NCBI GenBank assembly: GCA_030390025.1
Contig: CM059432.1
Coordinates: forward strand, 48,920,001-48,984,000
Reading direction: 5' to 3'
Length of the DNA stretch: 64,000 nucleotides
Origin: Squalus acanthias
Taxonomy: Eukaryota
A program made the position numbers and the translations under genes. The stretch's first letter is position 1; every line of letters begins with the position of its first letter. Shown piece after piece: positions 13,453 through 24,766 of the stretch. The notes under the pieces are model-generated. The model was not told where the DNA came from, did no database searches, and saw only the letters and a list, made by a program, of their open reading frames with translations.

Positions 13453-15848
13453 CCAGACATCCGTTACAAACATTCGGTAAAAATGCTGTGCTGAAATGAA
13501 AATTAAGTATACGGTCATGAAATAGTTGTTTGCAGTATTCATCAAAAAAACTAAACATTATAATACTGGAATACTTTCAGTCTGATACAAAAGCACATTC
13601 ATAGCCCTCAAAAGATTAATAATAGAATGCAATATAAAGGGCCACACTTAACCAATAGAAAGATAATTTTTTCTATATTGTTGTTGCAGTTATGGAGGTC
13701 AAACATTCTGTTCCATTTTCTACTAATGCACGATGTGATTGGCATCCTGCCATAAACAAGTTTAAAATCCACATCCTTTCAAGTTACAGTTATAAACATT
13801 ATTTTATCCCTGATTTACCATGCAACTAACTCATTTTTAAATATCCTGTTACAGTGATACCAGTTCTGAATGTTTACTTTGAAGGTATTTACTTTCAAGA
13901 CAAAATAAATGAATGGCCCCTTCCCTCAACAAAACATAGTGGGGTTTGAATTCCACTGTGCAATACATGTAATGCAATGTAATGTTCATGCATTTGCATG
14001 AAATGTATCTGTTTGCTGTTCTAACCAAATTGTTAACCCATTTCAACCTCAATAATAACTAGCTCTTGATCTGTTCATGACCACATCATTTTGGACCCAT
14101 GCCCCCAACACACACGCGCCAACCCACATTCCAAGATCATTTCTTTTTCAAAGTTCTTTTTTGCTTCAATTCTAATACATTTTGTTTATTTTCCTTCCAA
14201 TTTGGCTTACATGGCTCAGAAATGTTATTTGTAAATGGAAAAAGAAGCCAACGGACAGTGCAATTAATTAACTACTTAATCTACACTCAGACAAGATATG
14301 TTTGGAACATGGCATTCTACCATTCCAGAACAGAGAAAGGATTAGATTCTGAAACTTCCCAAACTTCATCGCAACAGTTATCACTCATCATTTTAAAGTA
14401 AAATCTGGGAGCAATCATTAAATCACATTTTAAAACTCAAAAATAATGTACACATAAAGAATACGGATGGGTCAGACATTTCTGGGTTCTTGATTTTAGA
14501 ATAATCTTAGTGTATAACACCACAGGTATTACATGCAACATATTAATCCTTAATGAACCCAGAAATATAAATGCCAATGGTGAATAAGAAACAATTATCT
14601 TCAAGAGAGACAGACCACCACCAAAATGGTAAGTGTTTTGTCAGGATGGGATGCTTCTGCTTCTATAAAACCAAGAAATAATGCATGTTTGCAATGTTAA
14701 GCAGAGGCACATCATATAACATATGTACAATATAGACAGATGAGCACATGAAATACATAGGACATGTTTACGCGTTGCATTACTTAAGTGTGCTGTACCA
14801 CAGCTTAAATAATGGCTTTTCACCCCCATGTCAAATATTTCATCTATGTTTGTTTGTAATCAATTGCATTAGAAGCACCTGACACTATGCAGTTTATTTT
14901 TTTCTTTCCCACTGCCTAAAGATTAGGTGCCTTTCCACGAAAGTTACCACAACGTTTTCTCTCCCCAGAGTAATGTATGAATTATGCTCTGAATGTTGTC
15001 ACCCTGCTGTCTCATTCAATAGACTGATGGCACAGCTGCTGGTTTTTTTTCCCAGGGCAATTTGTATCATGGTGTGAAAACTGCCTGATTTGCCCCAGAG
15101 GCGATGCATCAACTTCTTTATTTATCTCAGCAACAAAATAATCCTTGCTGGGTAAATTTCATTTCAGTATAATTTTAAACTGATTGAACTTCAAGTCGGA
15201 TTGTTTTCATCTCCCTGAAGTAAATGGAGTTTGAGGGATCGCAGTCGAAGTGTTTCTTAACAGAAAACTGCTCCTATATTCGTCAGTTATCTGTTAATCG
15301 ATGTCAAATAATCTTCATGTTTCCTCCCTTTTCTTGGACTCCCTTGACCATTGACGATTTTGTAAAGCACCTTCTATACTCCAATATCAGGTTCCATTCG
15401 TTTTTAACCGACCGCTCTGTTGCAATATTTACATTAAAAATAAAACTCCCAGCTTTTTTTCCTAACGATTTGCTACAATACAATATGAAACTCGGACAGC
15501 AAGTCACAATGACAACATACTCTTATGACACTAATGTTTTAATCACTAAACGTGTGAAGAAAGCAAGTTTCCATTCGGCAAGCGATTTAAAGTTCTAACA
15601 AATACTTCTGTGCAGTTTCGTCCGGTGAATAAAACCAATAAAATGAATGGCCACCTCTATTTAATAAGCTGACCTCTAACTGCCACTAAATTGCATTCCC
15701 TGCAGATTACTTTATTTACTTGCATAGTTGTCTCAATTCTTGATTTGTCCAAATTTGATTTTAAACAAACGTTGGGCAACAGGGCTATTTCCTTCACTAA
15801 ACCTGTCAATTTCCTTAATCGAGTTGCCGTTGCAGGAACAATACTTAC

Positions 15849-15885
15849 ATCTCTGGTTCCGGCGTTTGCCTTTAACCATACTCAT
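15849..15885 (-). CDS. Candidate short first coding exon (MSMVKGKRRNQR, phase 1) of an unidentified gene
   Basis: ATG at 15885 and a consensus donor GTAAGTAT immediately after 15849, in a repeat-free region. No homologue recognised. Confidence 0.25.
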
Positions 15886-15982
15886 TCTAAACGGGTCCAG
15901 GTTTCTTCTGTAGTAATCACACTCAAAGACAATGAATGAAAAGGCTTCTCCTTCTTTTCAGGGAGGCAGTTGTTCTACTCAC

Positions 15983-16103
15983 CGACAGAAAGTAACCAGT
16001 GATCTAACAGCAGCAGCCAGGATGATACCATTTACATGATATAACAGGGGAGTAAGAGGCTCCACTCTGCAATGGATGCTAAAGAGATGTGTTCTGCCGA
16101 ATT
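15983..16103 (-). other. Candidate 121-bp exon (UTR or coding)
   Basis: Acceptor TTTTTATTTGAAACAG and donor G|GTGAGT; one frame is open throughout (FGRTHLFSIHCRVEPLTPLLYHVNGIILAAAVRSLVTFC). Confidence 0.2.
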
Positions 16104-16522
16104 CTGTTTCAAATAAAAATGCTCTCGAAGGAGTAAATAAAACAAAGGTCGAATCTCACATTTCACAAGATCTTAAACTAGAATTTTCCATGCTAAACAT
16201 TTTTTGGAACTGCTTTTCTCACATTCTAAGTGATTTTTCAGAATAGTTCATTACTTCATACAATATCTGAGCAATATTACTGAGCATGCAGCTGGCGGTG
16301 TTAACAGGGGTTAGTGCATTCGGAATCAGGTAATGTGTTATATTTTACATGCAAGTTAACTCTGTAGCCAATGTGACCTGAACTGATTCCTTTCAGGCTC
16401 ATTTCCAAAGGCCCAGCGATGCAGATGCACCTGTTTTTTTTTAAATAAAGGAGGAGCACATGAACAGAATTTTTCACTTTCTCCTCCTACATACAACCAT
16501 CAAAGCTGGCATTCACTGGATG

Positions 16523-16889
16523 TAGTGTTGCCAACCCTGGTTGAAAGTATTCCTGGAGGTTTCATCACATGACCCGCCCCCACGCTCCCGCCATTGGTCG
16601 CCCGACACATCCATCCTTGCGGCACACCACCTTCCCATGCCGATTGGAAAGCGAAAAGATTCTAAATTACCCATTTGCTTGATGCTTGACTGTCAGTCAA
16701 ACAGCCTGTTTTCCCCATCTCCAATACTTTTATAACTAATAAATGGAAGTGTTCAAAGAAAATGGAAGAAACACAATCTTTTTTAATGCCCCTATGATTT
16801 TCTCTAGGGTTGCTCGCAGCAGTGTCTTGGAGATTAATTTTCAATTCCTGGAGATTCCAGGCCAATCCTCCTGGAGTGTTGGCAACCTA
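16523..16889. mobile_element. Non-autonomous hAT DNA transposon
   Basis: TIRs TAGTGTTGCCAAC ... GTTGGCAACCTA and a perfect 8-bp TSD ACTGGATG (16515-16522 and 16890-16897); 8-bp TSDs are typical of hAT. Confidence 0.88.
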
Positions 16890-17036
16890 ACTGGATGATT
16901 GCTGTTTGCCACAAGATTCCGGGGGTGGTGGGGGGGGGGGTGTTTGCAAGGCATCACCATGTTCCATGTTAGGGCACTCAGCCTGCAGGGGTGGGGGCTA
17001 TTTATGATCTGTATACCTCCATATGTCTTTGCATTC

Positions 17037-17038
<2 letters not shown>

Positions 17039-17070
<32 letters not shown>
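17039..17070. repeat. (TG)n microsatellite
   Basis: Direct reading. Confidence 0.97.
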
Positions 17071-17074
<4 letters not shown>

Positions 17075-17757
17075 GGTGGATGGATTAGGGGGGATGGATG
17101 GTGGTGAGGATGTGGCTACACGGCTGTAACCTAAGTTATTGGCTTCACAAACCTGTGAGCTTTACAGACGGAAGCCAAAACACAAACACTACTTTCCAGT
17201 ATAGATTTCCACATGCACCAATGTTTAACCAATCACAACAAGATTCTAAACCATGCAAGATATCTGTGCCAATAAACGGAAAATTCACAAGGTACCAGGT
17301 ATAGGTCCACATCATACATAGGGAGATGGCTTCCACCGTAATGCAAGATGATTGATTTTGCAATATTATATGACGTGGGTGGCCCAACAGTATGGCTGCA
17401 GGGATATCATGGAAGTGTAAGAGAGGTGCTTTTATGGCAAGCCTCTGGTCTCAGCTAAACCATTGGAAATGAAGCGCTAAGTGAAAGTGAATAGTTACCC
17501 CCACAGGGTAAGTGAACAAAAATTGGAGAAGTTGATCTATGGCACTCTTGTACACCTCCAAGTAGCTGGTTACAAAGCAACCTTGTCAGGGATGGGGAAT
17601 AATTCATCAGTGTTCTGTCTCAAATCAGGGATAGTGCATGGAGCATGGAACTCACTAAGGCAGAGAAAATAATATTGCAGGATGTGGGGGCAAAATTTCA
17701 CACATTGATTTAATAATGAACATAATAGTTAGATAAACTAGTAGAATCTAATATAGG

Positions 17758-18092
17758 ATCATAGAATGATATAGCACAGAAGGAGGCCATTCGGCCCATC
17801 GTGCCTGTGCCAGCACTTTGGCAGAGCTATCCAATTACTCCCACTCCCCTGCTCTTTCCCCATAGCCCTGAAACTTTTTCCCATTTATAATGCAGATATT
17901 TCATAAAAATGTATAAATATATTAATGTATTAAAAAGTAATAGAATCATAGAAACTTACAGCACAGAAGGAGGCCATTCGGCTCATTGAGTCTGTGCTGG
18001 TTCTTTGAAAGAGCAGTTGTGCTTAGTCGCCCGCCCACTTATTGTCCGTAACCCTGTAATTCCTCATCATCATCCTCAAGTACCTGTCCAAC
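17758..18092 (-). mobile_element. Two short CR1-type 3' tail fragments (about 17758-17885 and 17940-18092)
   Basis: Both begin ATCATAGAA...AGCACAGAAGGAGGCCATTCGGC, the reverse complement of a CR1 3' end with a short-repeat tail. Confidence 0.65.
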
Positions 18093-18174
18093 AATTTTTA
18101 CATTGTTTTATTCTAATTATAAATGAATTGTATTTTTTTTTGTAAGTGTATATTTGATCAAGTGTATATTTGAT

Positions 18175-18497
18175 CGGATGAGATGTAAAACCAAGGCCCC
18201 GTCTGCTCTCTCAGGTGGATGTAAAAGATCCCAAGTCACTATTTCGAAGAAGAGCAGGGGAGTTATCCCTGGTGTCTTGGCCAATATTTCTCCCTCAATC
18301 AACATCACTAAAGACAGATTATCTGGTCATTATCACATTGCTGTTTGTGGGAGCTTGCTGTGTGCAAATTGGCTGCCACGTTTCCCACATTACAACAGTG
18401 ACTACACTTCAAAAAGTACTTCATTGGCTGTAAAGCGCTTTGAGACGTCCGGTGGTCGTGAAAGGTGCTATATAAATGCAAGTCTTTCTTTCTTTCT
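18175..18497 (+). mobile_element. Deu-domain SINE (SacSINE1/AmnSINE-like), 5'-truncated
   Basis: CGGATGAGATGTAAAACC...CAGGTGGATGTAAAAGATCCC...GAAAGGTGCTATATAAATGCAAGTC(TTTC)n; closely similar to 43410-43733. Confidence 0.85.
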
Positions 18498-18518
18498 TAC
18501 TTACTTTAATTTGTATTT

Positions 18519-21500
18519 GGTAGCATAGTGGTAATGTCCCTGGACTAATGATGTGAGTTCAAATCCCACCACGGCAAATGGGGAATTTAAATTTAGTTAA
18601 TTAAATAAATCTGGAATAAAAAGCTAGTATCAGTAATGGTAACCATGAAACTATCGGATTGTTGTAAAAACCCATCTGGTTCACTAATGTCCTTTAGGGA
18701 AGGAAATATGCCGTTCGTACCTGGTCTGGCCGATATGTGACTCCAGACCCAAAGCAATGTGGCTGACTCTTAACTGCCCTCTGAAATGGCCTAGCAAGTC
18801 ACTCAGTTGTAACAAACTGCTACGAAACACAATAATAAGAATGAAACCGGACGGACCACCCAGCATCGACCTCGGCACCGGCTACTGACATGGCAATGGC
18901 ACACCCAGCCCAGTCAACCCTGCAAAGTCCTCCTCACCAACATCTGGGGATTTGTGCCAAAATTGGGAGAGCTGTCCCACAGGCTAGTCAAGCAACAGCC
19001 TGACAAAGTCATACTCACAGAATCATACCTTTCAGCTAATGTTCCAAACTCCTCCATCACCATCCCTGGGTTTGTCCTGTCCCACAGGCAGGATAGACCC
19101 ACCAGGGGTGGTGGCACAGTGGTATACAGTCAGGAAAGAGTGGCCCTGGGAGTCCTCAACATTGAATCCAGACTCCATGAAGTCTCATGGCTTCAAGTCA
19201 AGCATGGGCAAGGAAACCTCCTAGTGATTACCACCTACCGCCCTCCCTCAGCTGATGAATCAGTACACCTCCATGTTTAGCACCACTTGGAAGAAGCACT
19301 GAGAGTAGCAAGGGCACAGAATGTACTCTGGGTGGGGGACTTCAATGTCCATCACCAAGAGTGGCTCGGTAGCACCACTACTGACCGAGCTGGCCGAGAC
19401 CTGAAGGACATAGCTGCCAGTCTAGGCCTGCGACAGGTGGTGAGAGAACCAACACGAGAGAAAAACCTACTTGACCTCGTCCTCACCAATCTACCTGTCG
19501 CAGATGCATCTGTCCATGACAGTGTTGGTAGCAGTGACCACCGCACAGTCATTGTGGAGATGAAGTCCTGTCTTCACACTGAGGACACCCTCCATCGTGT
19601 TGTGTGGCACTACCACCGTGCTAAATGGGATAAATTCAGAACTGATCTAGCAGCTCAAAACTGGGCATCCATGAGGCGCTGTGGGCCATCAGCAGCAGCA
19701 GAATTGTATTCCACCACAATCTGTAACCTCATGGCCCGGCATATCCCTCACTCTACCATTACCATCAAGCCAGGGGACCAACCCTGGTTCAAATAAAGAG
19801 TGTAGTAGAGCATGCCAGGAGCAGCACCAGGCGTACCTAAAAATAAGGTGCCAACCTGGGGAAGCTGCAACACAGGACGACATGCATGCTAAAAAGCGGA
19901 AGCAGCATGCTATAGACAGGGCTAAGCGATCCCATAATCAATGGATCAGATCAAAGCTCTGCAGTCCTGCCACATCCAGTCGTGAATGGTGGTGGACCAT
20001 TAAACAACTAACGGGAGGAGGAGACTCCATGAATATCCCCATCCTCAATGATGGTGGAGCCCAGCATGTGAGTGCAAAGGACAAGGCTGAAGCGTTTGCA
20101 ACCATCTTCAGCCAGAAGTGCCGAGTAGATGATCCATATTGGCCTACTCCTGAGGTCCCCACCATTACAGAAGCCAGTCTTCAGCCAACTCCACGTGATA
20201 TCAAGAAACAGCTGAGCGCACTAGATACAGCAAAAGCTATGGGCCCCGACAACATCCCGGCTGTCATGCTGAAGACTTGTGCTCCAGAACTAGCCGCGCC
20301 TCTAGCCAAGCTGTTCCAGTACAGCTACAACACTGGCATCTATCCAACAATGTGGAAAACTGCCCAGGTATGTCCTGTCCACAAAATGCAGGACAAATCC
20401 AATCAGGCCAATTACCGCCCCATCAGTCTACTCTCAATCATCAGCAAAGTGATGGAAGGTTTCATCAAAACTGCTATCAAGCGGCACTTACTCACCAATA
20501 AACTAATTTGTCAGGGGGATGGGAAAAAGGGCTGTAGTCCACGAGCCAGTGGTGAGTGTAGGGAGGTACTGAGGAGGGTATCAAGGTCGCAGGAATGTAC
20601 CGGCAGACAGGAAGATGGCTTGAAGTGTGTCTACTTCAATGCAAGGAGCATCCGGAATAAGGTAGGAGAACTTGGAGCGTGGATTGGTACTTGGGACTAC
20701 GATGTGGTGGCCATTACGGAGACATGGTTAGAACAGGGACAAGAATGGTTGTTGGAAGTTCCGGGGTATAGATGTTTCAGTAAGAGTAGGGAAGTTGGTA
20801 AGAAAGGTGGAGGAGTAGCATTGTTAATCAAGGATAGTTTAACAGCGGCAGAAAAGCAGTTCGAGGGGGATCTGCCGTCTGAGGTAATATGGGCTGAAGT
20901 TAGAAATAGGAAAGGAGCGGTCACGTTGTTAGGAGTTTTCTACAGGCCCCCAAATAGTAATAAAGATGTGGAGGAAGAAATTGCAAAGCAGATTATGAAT
21001 AGGTGTGGAGGTCACAGAGTAGTTGTCATGGGTGACTTCAACTTTCCAAATATTGATTGGAACCTTTATAGGTCAAACAGTTCGGATGGGATAGTTTTTG
21101 CACAGTGTGTGCAGGAGGGTTTCCTGACACAATATGTGGATAGGCCGACAAGAGCTGGGGCCACGTTGGATTTGGTACTGGGTAATGAACCGGGCCAAGT
21201 GTTTGATTTGTATGTGGGAGAGCACTTTGGAGATAGTGACCACAATTCGGTAACTTTCACTATTGCAATGGAGAGGGATAGGGCCATACAGCAGGGCAGG
21301 GTTTATAATTGGGGGAGGGGTAATTATGATGCGATTAGGCAAGAATTAGGGAGTATAAGATGGGAACAGAAACTATCAGGGAAAGGCACAAACGAAAAGT
21401 GGAGCTTTTTCATGGAGCAATTACTGCGTGTCCTTGATAGGTATGTCCCTGTCAGGCAGGGAGGAAATGGCCGAGTGAGAGAACCATGGTTCACAAAAGA

Positions 21501-24500
21501 GGTTGAATGTCTAGTCAAGAGGAAAAAGGAAGCGTATGTAAGGATGAGAAAACAAGGTTCAGTTGGGTCGATTGAGGGGTACAAGGTAGCAAGGAATGAG
21601 CTAAAAAAAGAGCTTAGGAGAGCTAGGAGGGGGCATGAGAAGTCCTTGGCGGGTCGGATCAAGAAAAACCCCAAGGCTTTTTACTCTTATGTGAGAAATA
21701 AAAGAATGACCAGGGTGAGGGTAGGGCCGGTCAAGGACAGTAGTGGGAACTTGTGCATGGAGTCAGAAGAGATAGGAGAGGTGATGAATGAATACTTTTC
21801 GTCAGTGTTCACCGAGGAGAGGGGCCATGTTCTTGAGGATGAGAGTGTGATAAAGGTGGATAGGCTGGAGGTGGTAGATGTTCTGAGGGAAGATGTTTTA
21901 GCAATTTTGAAGAACCTGAGGGTCGATAAGTCCCCTGGGCCAGATGGGATATATCCTAGGATTCTTTGGGAGGCAAGGGAGGAGATTGCAGAGCCTCTGG
22001 CTTTGATCTTTGGGTCCTCACTGTCCACGGGGATGGTGCCAGAGGACTGGAGAGTGGCGAATGTTGTTCCTCTCTTCAAGAAAGGAAATAGGAATGACCC
22101 TGGTAATTATAGGCCGGTTAGTCTTACTTCGGTGGTTGGTAAGATAATGGAAAAGGTCCTGAGGGATAGGATTTATGACCATTTGGAAAGGGGCAACTTC
22201 TCAGGGATAGTCAACACGGATTCGTGAAGGGTAAGTCTTGCCTAACAAATTTGATTGAATTCTTTGAGGAGGTAACTAAGTGTGTAGATGAAGGTAGAGC
22301 AGTTGATGTCGTATACATGGATTTTAGTAAGGCGTTTGATAAGGTTCCCCATGGTCGTCTCATGAAGAAAGTAAGGAGTTGTGGGATAGAGGGAAATTTG
22401 GCCGAATGGATAAGTAACTGGCTATCTCATAGAAGGCAGAGGGTGGTGGTGGATGGAACATTTTCGGACTGGAGACCAGTTACCAGCGGTGTGCCACAGG
22501 GGTCGGTGCTGGGTCCTCTGCTGTTTGTGATTTTTATCAATGACTTGGAGGAGGGGACTGAAGGGTGGATCAGTAAATTTGCTGATGACACCAAGATTGG
22601 TGGAGTAGTGGATGAGGTGGAGGGCAGTTGTAGGCTGCAAAGAGACATTGATAGGATGCAGAGCTGGGCCGAAAAATGGCAGATGGAATTTAACCCTGAT
22701 AAGTGCGAGGTGATTCATTTTGGTAGGGCAAATTTGAATAAGGATTACAGGGTCAACGGCAGGGTTCTGAGGAACGTGGAGGAGCAGAGGGATCTGGGGG
22801 TTCATATCCACAGATCTCTGAAGGTTGCCACTCAAGTGGATAGAGCAGTAAAGAAGGCCTATGGTGTGTTGGCGTTTATTAACAGAGGGTTTGAGTTTAA
22901 GAACCATGAGGTTATGCTGCAACTGTACAGGACCTTGGTGAGACCACATTTGGAATATTGTGTGCAGTTCTGGTCACCTCACTATAGGAAGGACGTGGAA
23001 GCATTGGAAAGAGTGCAAAGGAGATTTACCAGGATGCTGCCTGGTTTGGGGGGAGGTCTTATGAGGAAAGATTGAGGGAGTTGGGGCTTTTCTCTTTAGA
23101 GCGGAGGAGGATGAGAGGCGACTTAATAGAGGTTTATAAGATGATGAGGGGGATAGATAGAGTGGATGTTCAGAGACTATTTCCTCGGGTAGAGGCAGCT
23201 GTTACAAGGGGGCATAACTATAAGGTGCATGGGGGGAGATATAGAAGGGATGTCCGAGGTAGATTCTTTACTCAGAGAGTGGTTGGGGTGTGGAATGGAC
23301 TGCCTGCTGTGATAGTGGAGTCGGACACTTTAGGAACTTTCAAGCGGTTATTGGATAAGCACATGGAGCACACCAGAGTGATAGGGAGTGTGATAGCTTG
23401 ATCTTGGTCTCGGACAATGCTCGGCACAACATCGAGGGCCGAAGGGCCTGTACTGTGCTGTACTGTTCTATATGTATCTATGTAACCTGCTCACTGATGC
23501 CCAGTTTGGGTTCCGCCAAGACCACTTGGCTCCCGACCTCATTACAACCTTGGTCCAAACATGGACAAAGGAACTGAATTCCGGAGGTGAGGTGAGAGTG
23601 ACTGCCCTTGACATCAAGGCAGCATTTGACCGAGTGTGGCATCAAGGATCCCCAGTAAAACTGAAGTCAATGGGAATCGGGGGGAAAACTCTCCACTGGC
23701 TGGAGTCATATCTAGCACAAAGGAAGATGGTTGTGGCGGTTGAAGGTCAATCATCACAGCCCCAGGACATCGCTGCAGGAGTTCCTCAGGGCAGTGTCCT
23801 AGGCCCAACCATCTTCAGCTGCTTCATCAAAGACCTTCCCTCCAATATAAGGTTAGAAATGGGGATGTTCGCTGATGACTGCACAGTGTTCAGTGCCATT
23901 CACAACTCCTCAGATAATGAAACAGTCCATGCCCGCATGCAACAAGACCTGGACGACGTTCAGGCTTGGGCTGATAAGTGGTTGGTAACATTCGTGCCAC
24001 AGAAGTGCCAGGCAATGACTATCTCCAACAAGCGAGAGTCTAACCACCGCCTCTTGACATTCAACGGCATTACCATCGCCGAATCCCCCCACCATCAACA
24101 TTCTGTGGGTTACCGTTGACCAGAAACTTAACTGGACTAGCAACATAAATACTGTGGCAACAAGAGCAGGTCAGAGGCTAGGTATTCTGCAGCGAGTGTC
24201 TCACCTCCTGACCCCCCAAAGCCTTTCCACCATCTACAAGGTACAAGTAAGGAGTGTGATGGAATACTCTCCACTTGCCTGGATGAGTGCAGCTCCAACA
24301 ACACTCAAGAAGGTCGACACCATCCAGGACAAAGCAGCCCGCTTGATTGGCACCCCATCCACCACCTTAAACATTCACTTCCTCCACCACGGCGTACCAT
24401 GGCTGCAGTGTGTACCATCTACAAGATGCACTGCAGCAACTCGCCAAGGCTTCTTCGGCAGTACCTCTCAAACCCGCGACCTCTACCACCTAGAAGGACA

Positions 24501-24766
24501 AGGGCAGCAGACGCATGGGAACACCACCACCTCCAAGTTCCCCTCCAAGTCACACACCATCCTGACTTAGAAGTATATCGCCGATTCTTCATCGTCGCTG
24601 GGTCAAAATCCTGGAACTCCCTACCTAACAGCACTGTGGGAGTACCTTCACCACATGGACTGCAGTGGTTCAAGAAAGTGGCTCACCACCACCTTCTCAA
24701 GGGCAATTGGGGATGGGCAATAAATGCTGGCCTTGCCAGTGATGCCCACATCCCATAAACAAATAA
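18519..24766 (+). mobile_element. Family A LINE, essentially full length (about 3.26 kb once the nested CR1 is removed); a few stops and frameshifts
   Basis: A box at 18521-18531 and B box at 18555-18566. EN motifs TNIWG, ILTESYL, TYRPP, VGDFN, LDLVL, SDH. RT motifs ALDIKAAFDRV, GVPQGSVLGP, FADD. C-terminus HHHLLKGN. Confidence 0.95.
20502..23482 (+). mobile_element. CR1 LINE with complete ORF2 (EN+RT, two frameshifts) and 3' UTR, nested in family A; ORF1 absent
   Basis: YFNARSIRNK, AITETWL, FYRPPNS, MGDFN, SDH, YMDFSKAFDKV, GVPQGSVLGP, KFADDTK, LVRPHLEY. Tail GTTCTATATGTATCTATG. The host sequence CCAATAA/TAACCTGCTC resumes on both sides (TAA duplicated). Confidence 0.96.

Noticed and set aside
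14571..14628. Possible plus-strand exon MPMVNKKQLSSRETDHHQN followed by GTAAGT
   Set aside because: Only a donor-like motif; no recognisable homology and no partner exons.
15224..15598. 124-aa plus-strand ORF
   Set aside because: No recognisable domain; composition typical of AT-rich non-coding DNA.
18519..18575. Functional tRNA gene
   Set aside because: A and B boxes are present, but there is no complete cloverleaf and the sequence continues into a LINE in both copies.
19681..22227. 848-aa host gene or domesticated RT
   Set aside because: It is a chimera of two LINEs; its GTG start lies in an off-frame segment and it ends at a frameshift before the RT core.
20697..22949. Antisense ORFs over the LINE coding regions
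   Set aside because: Shadow ORFs of RT/EN coding sequence with no independent support.
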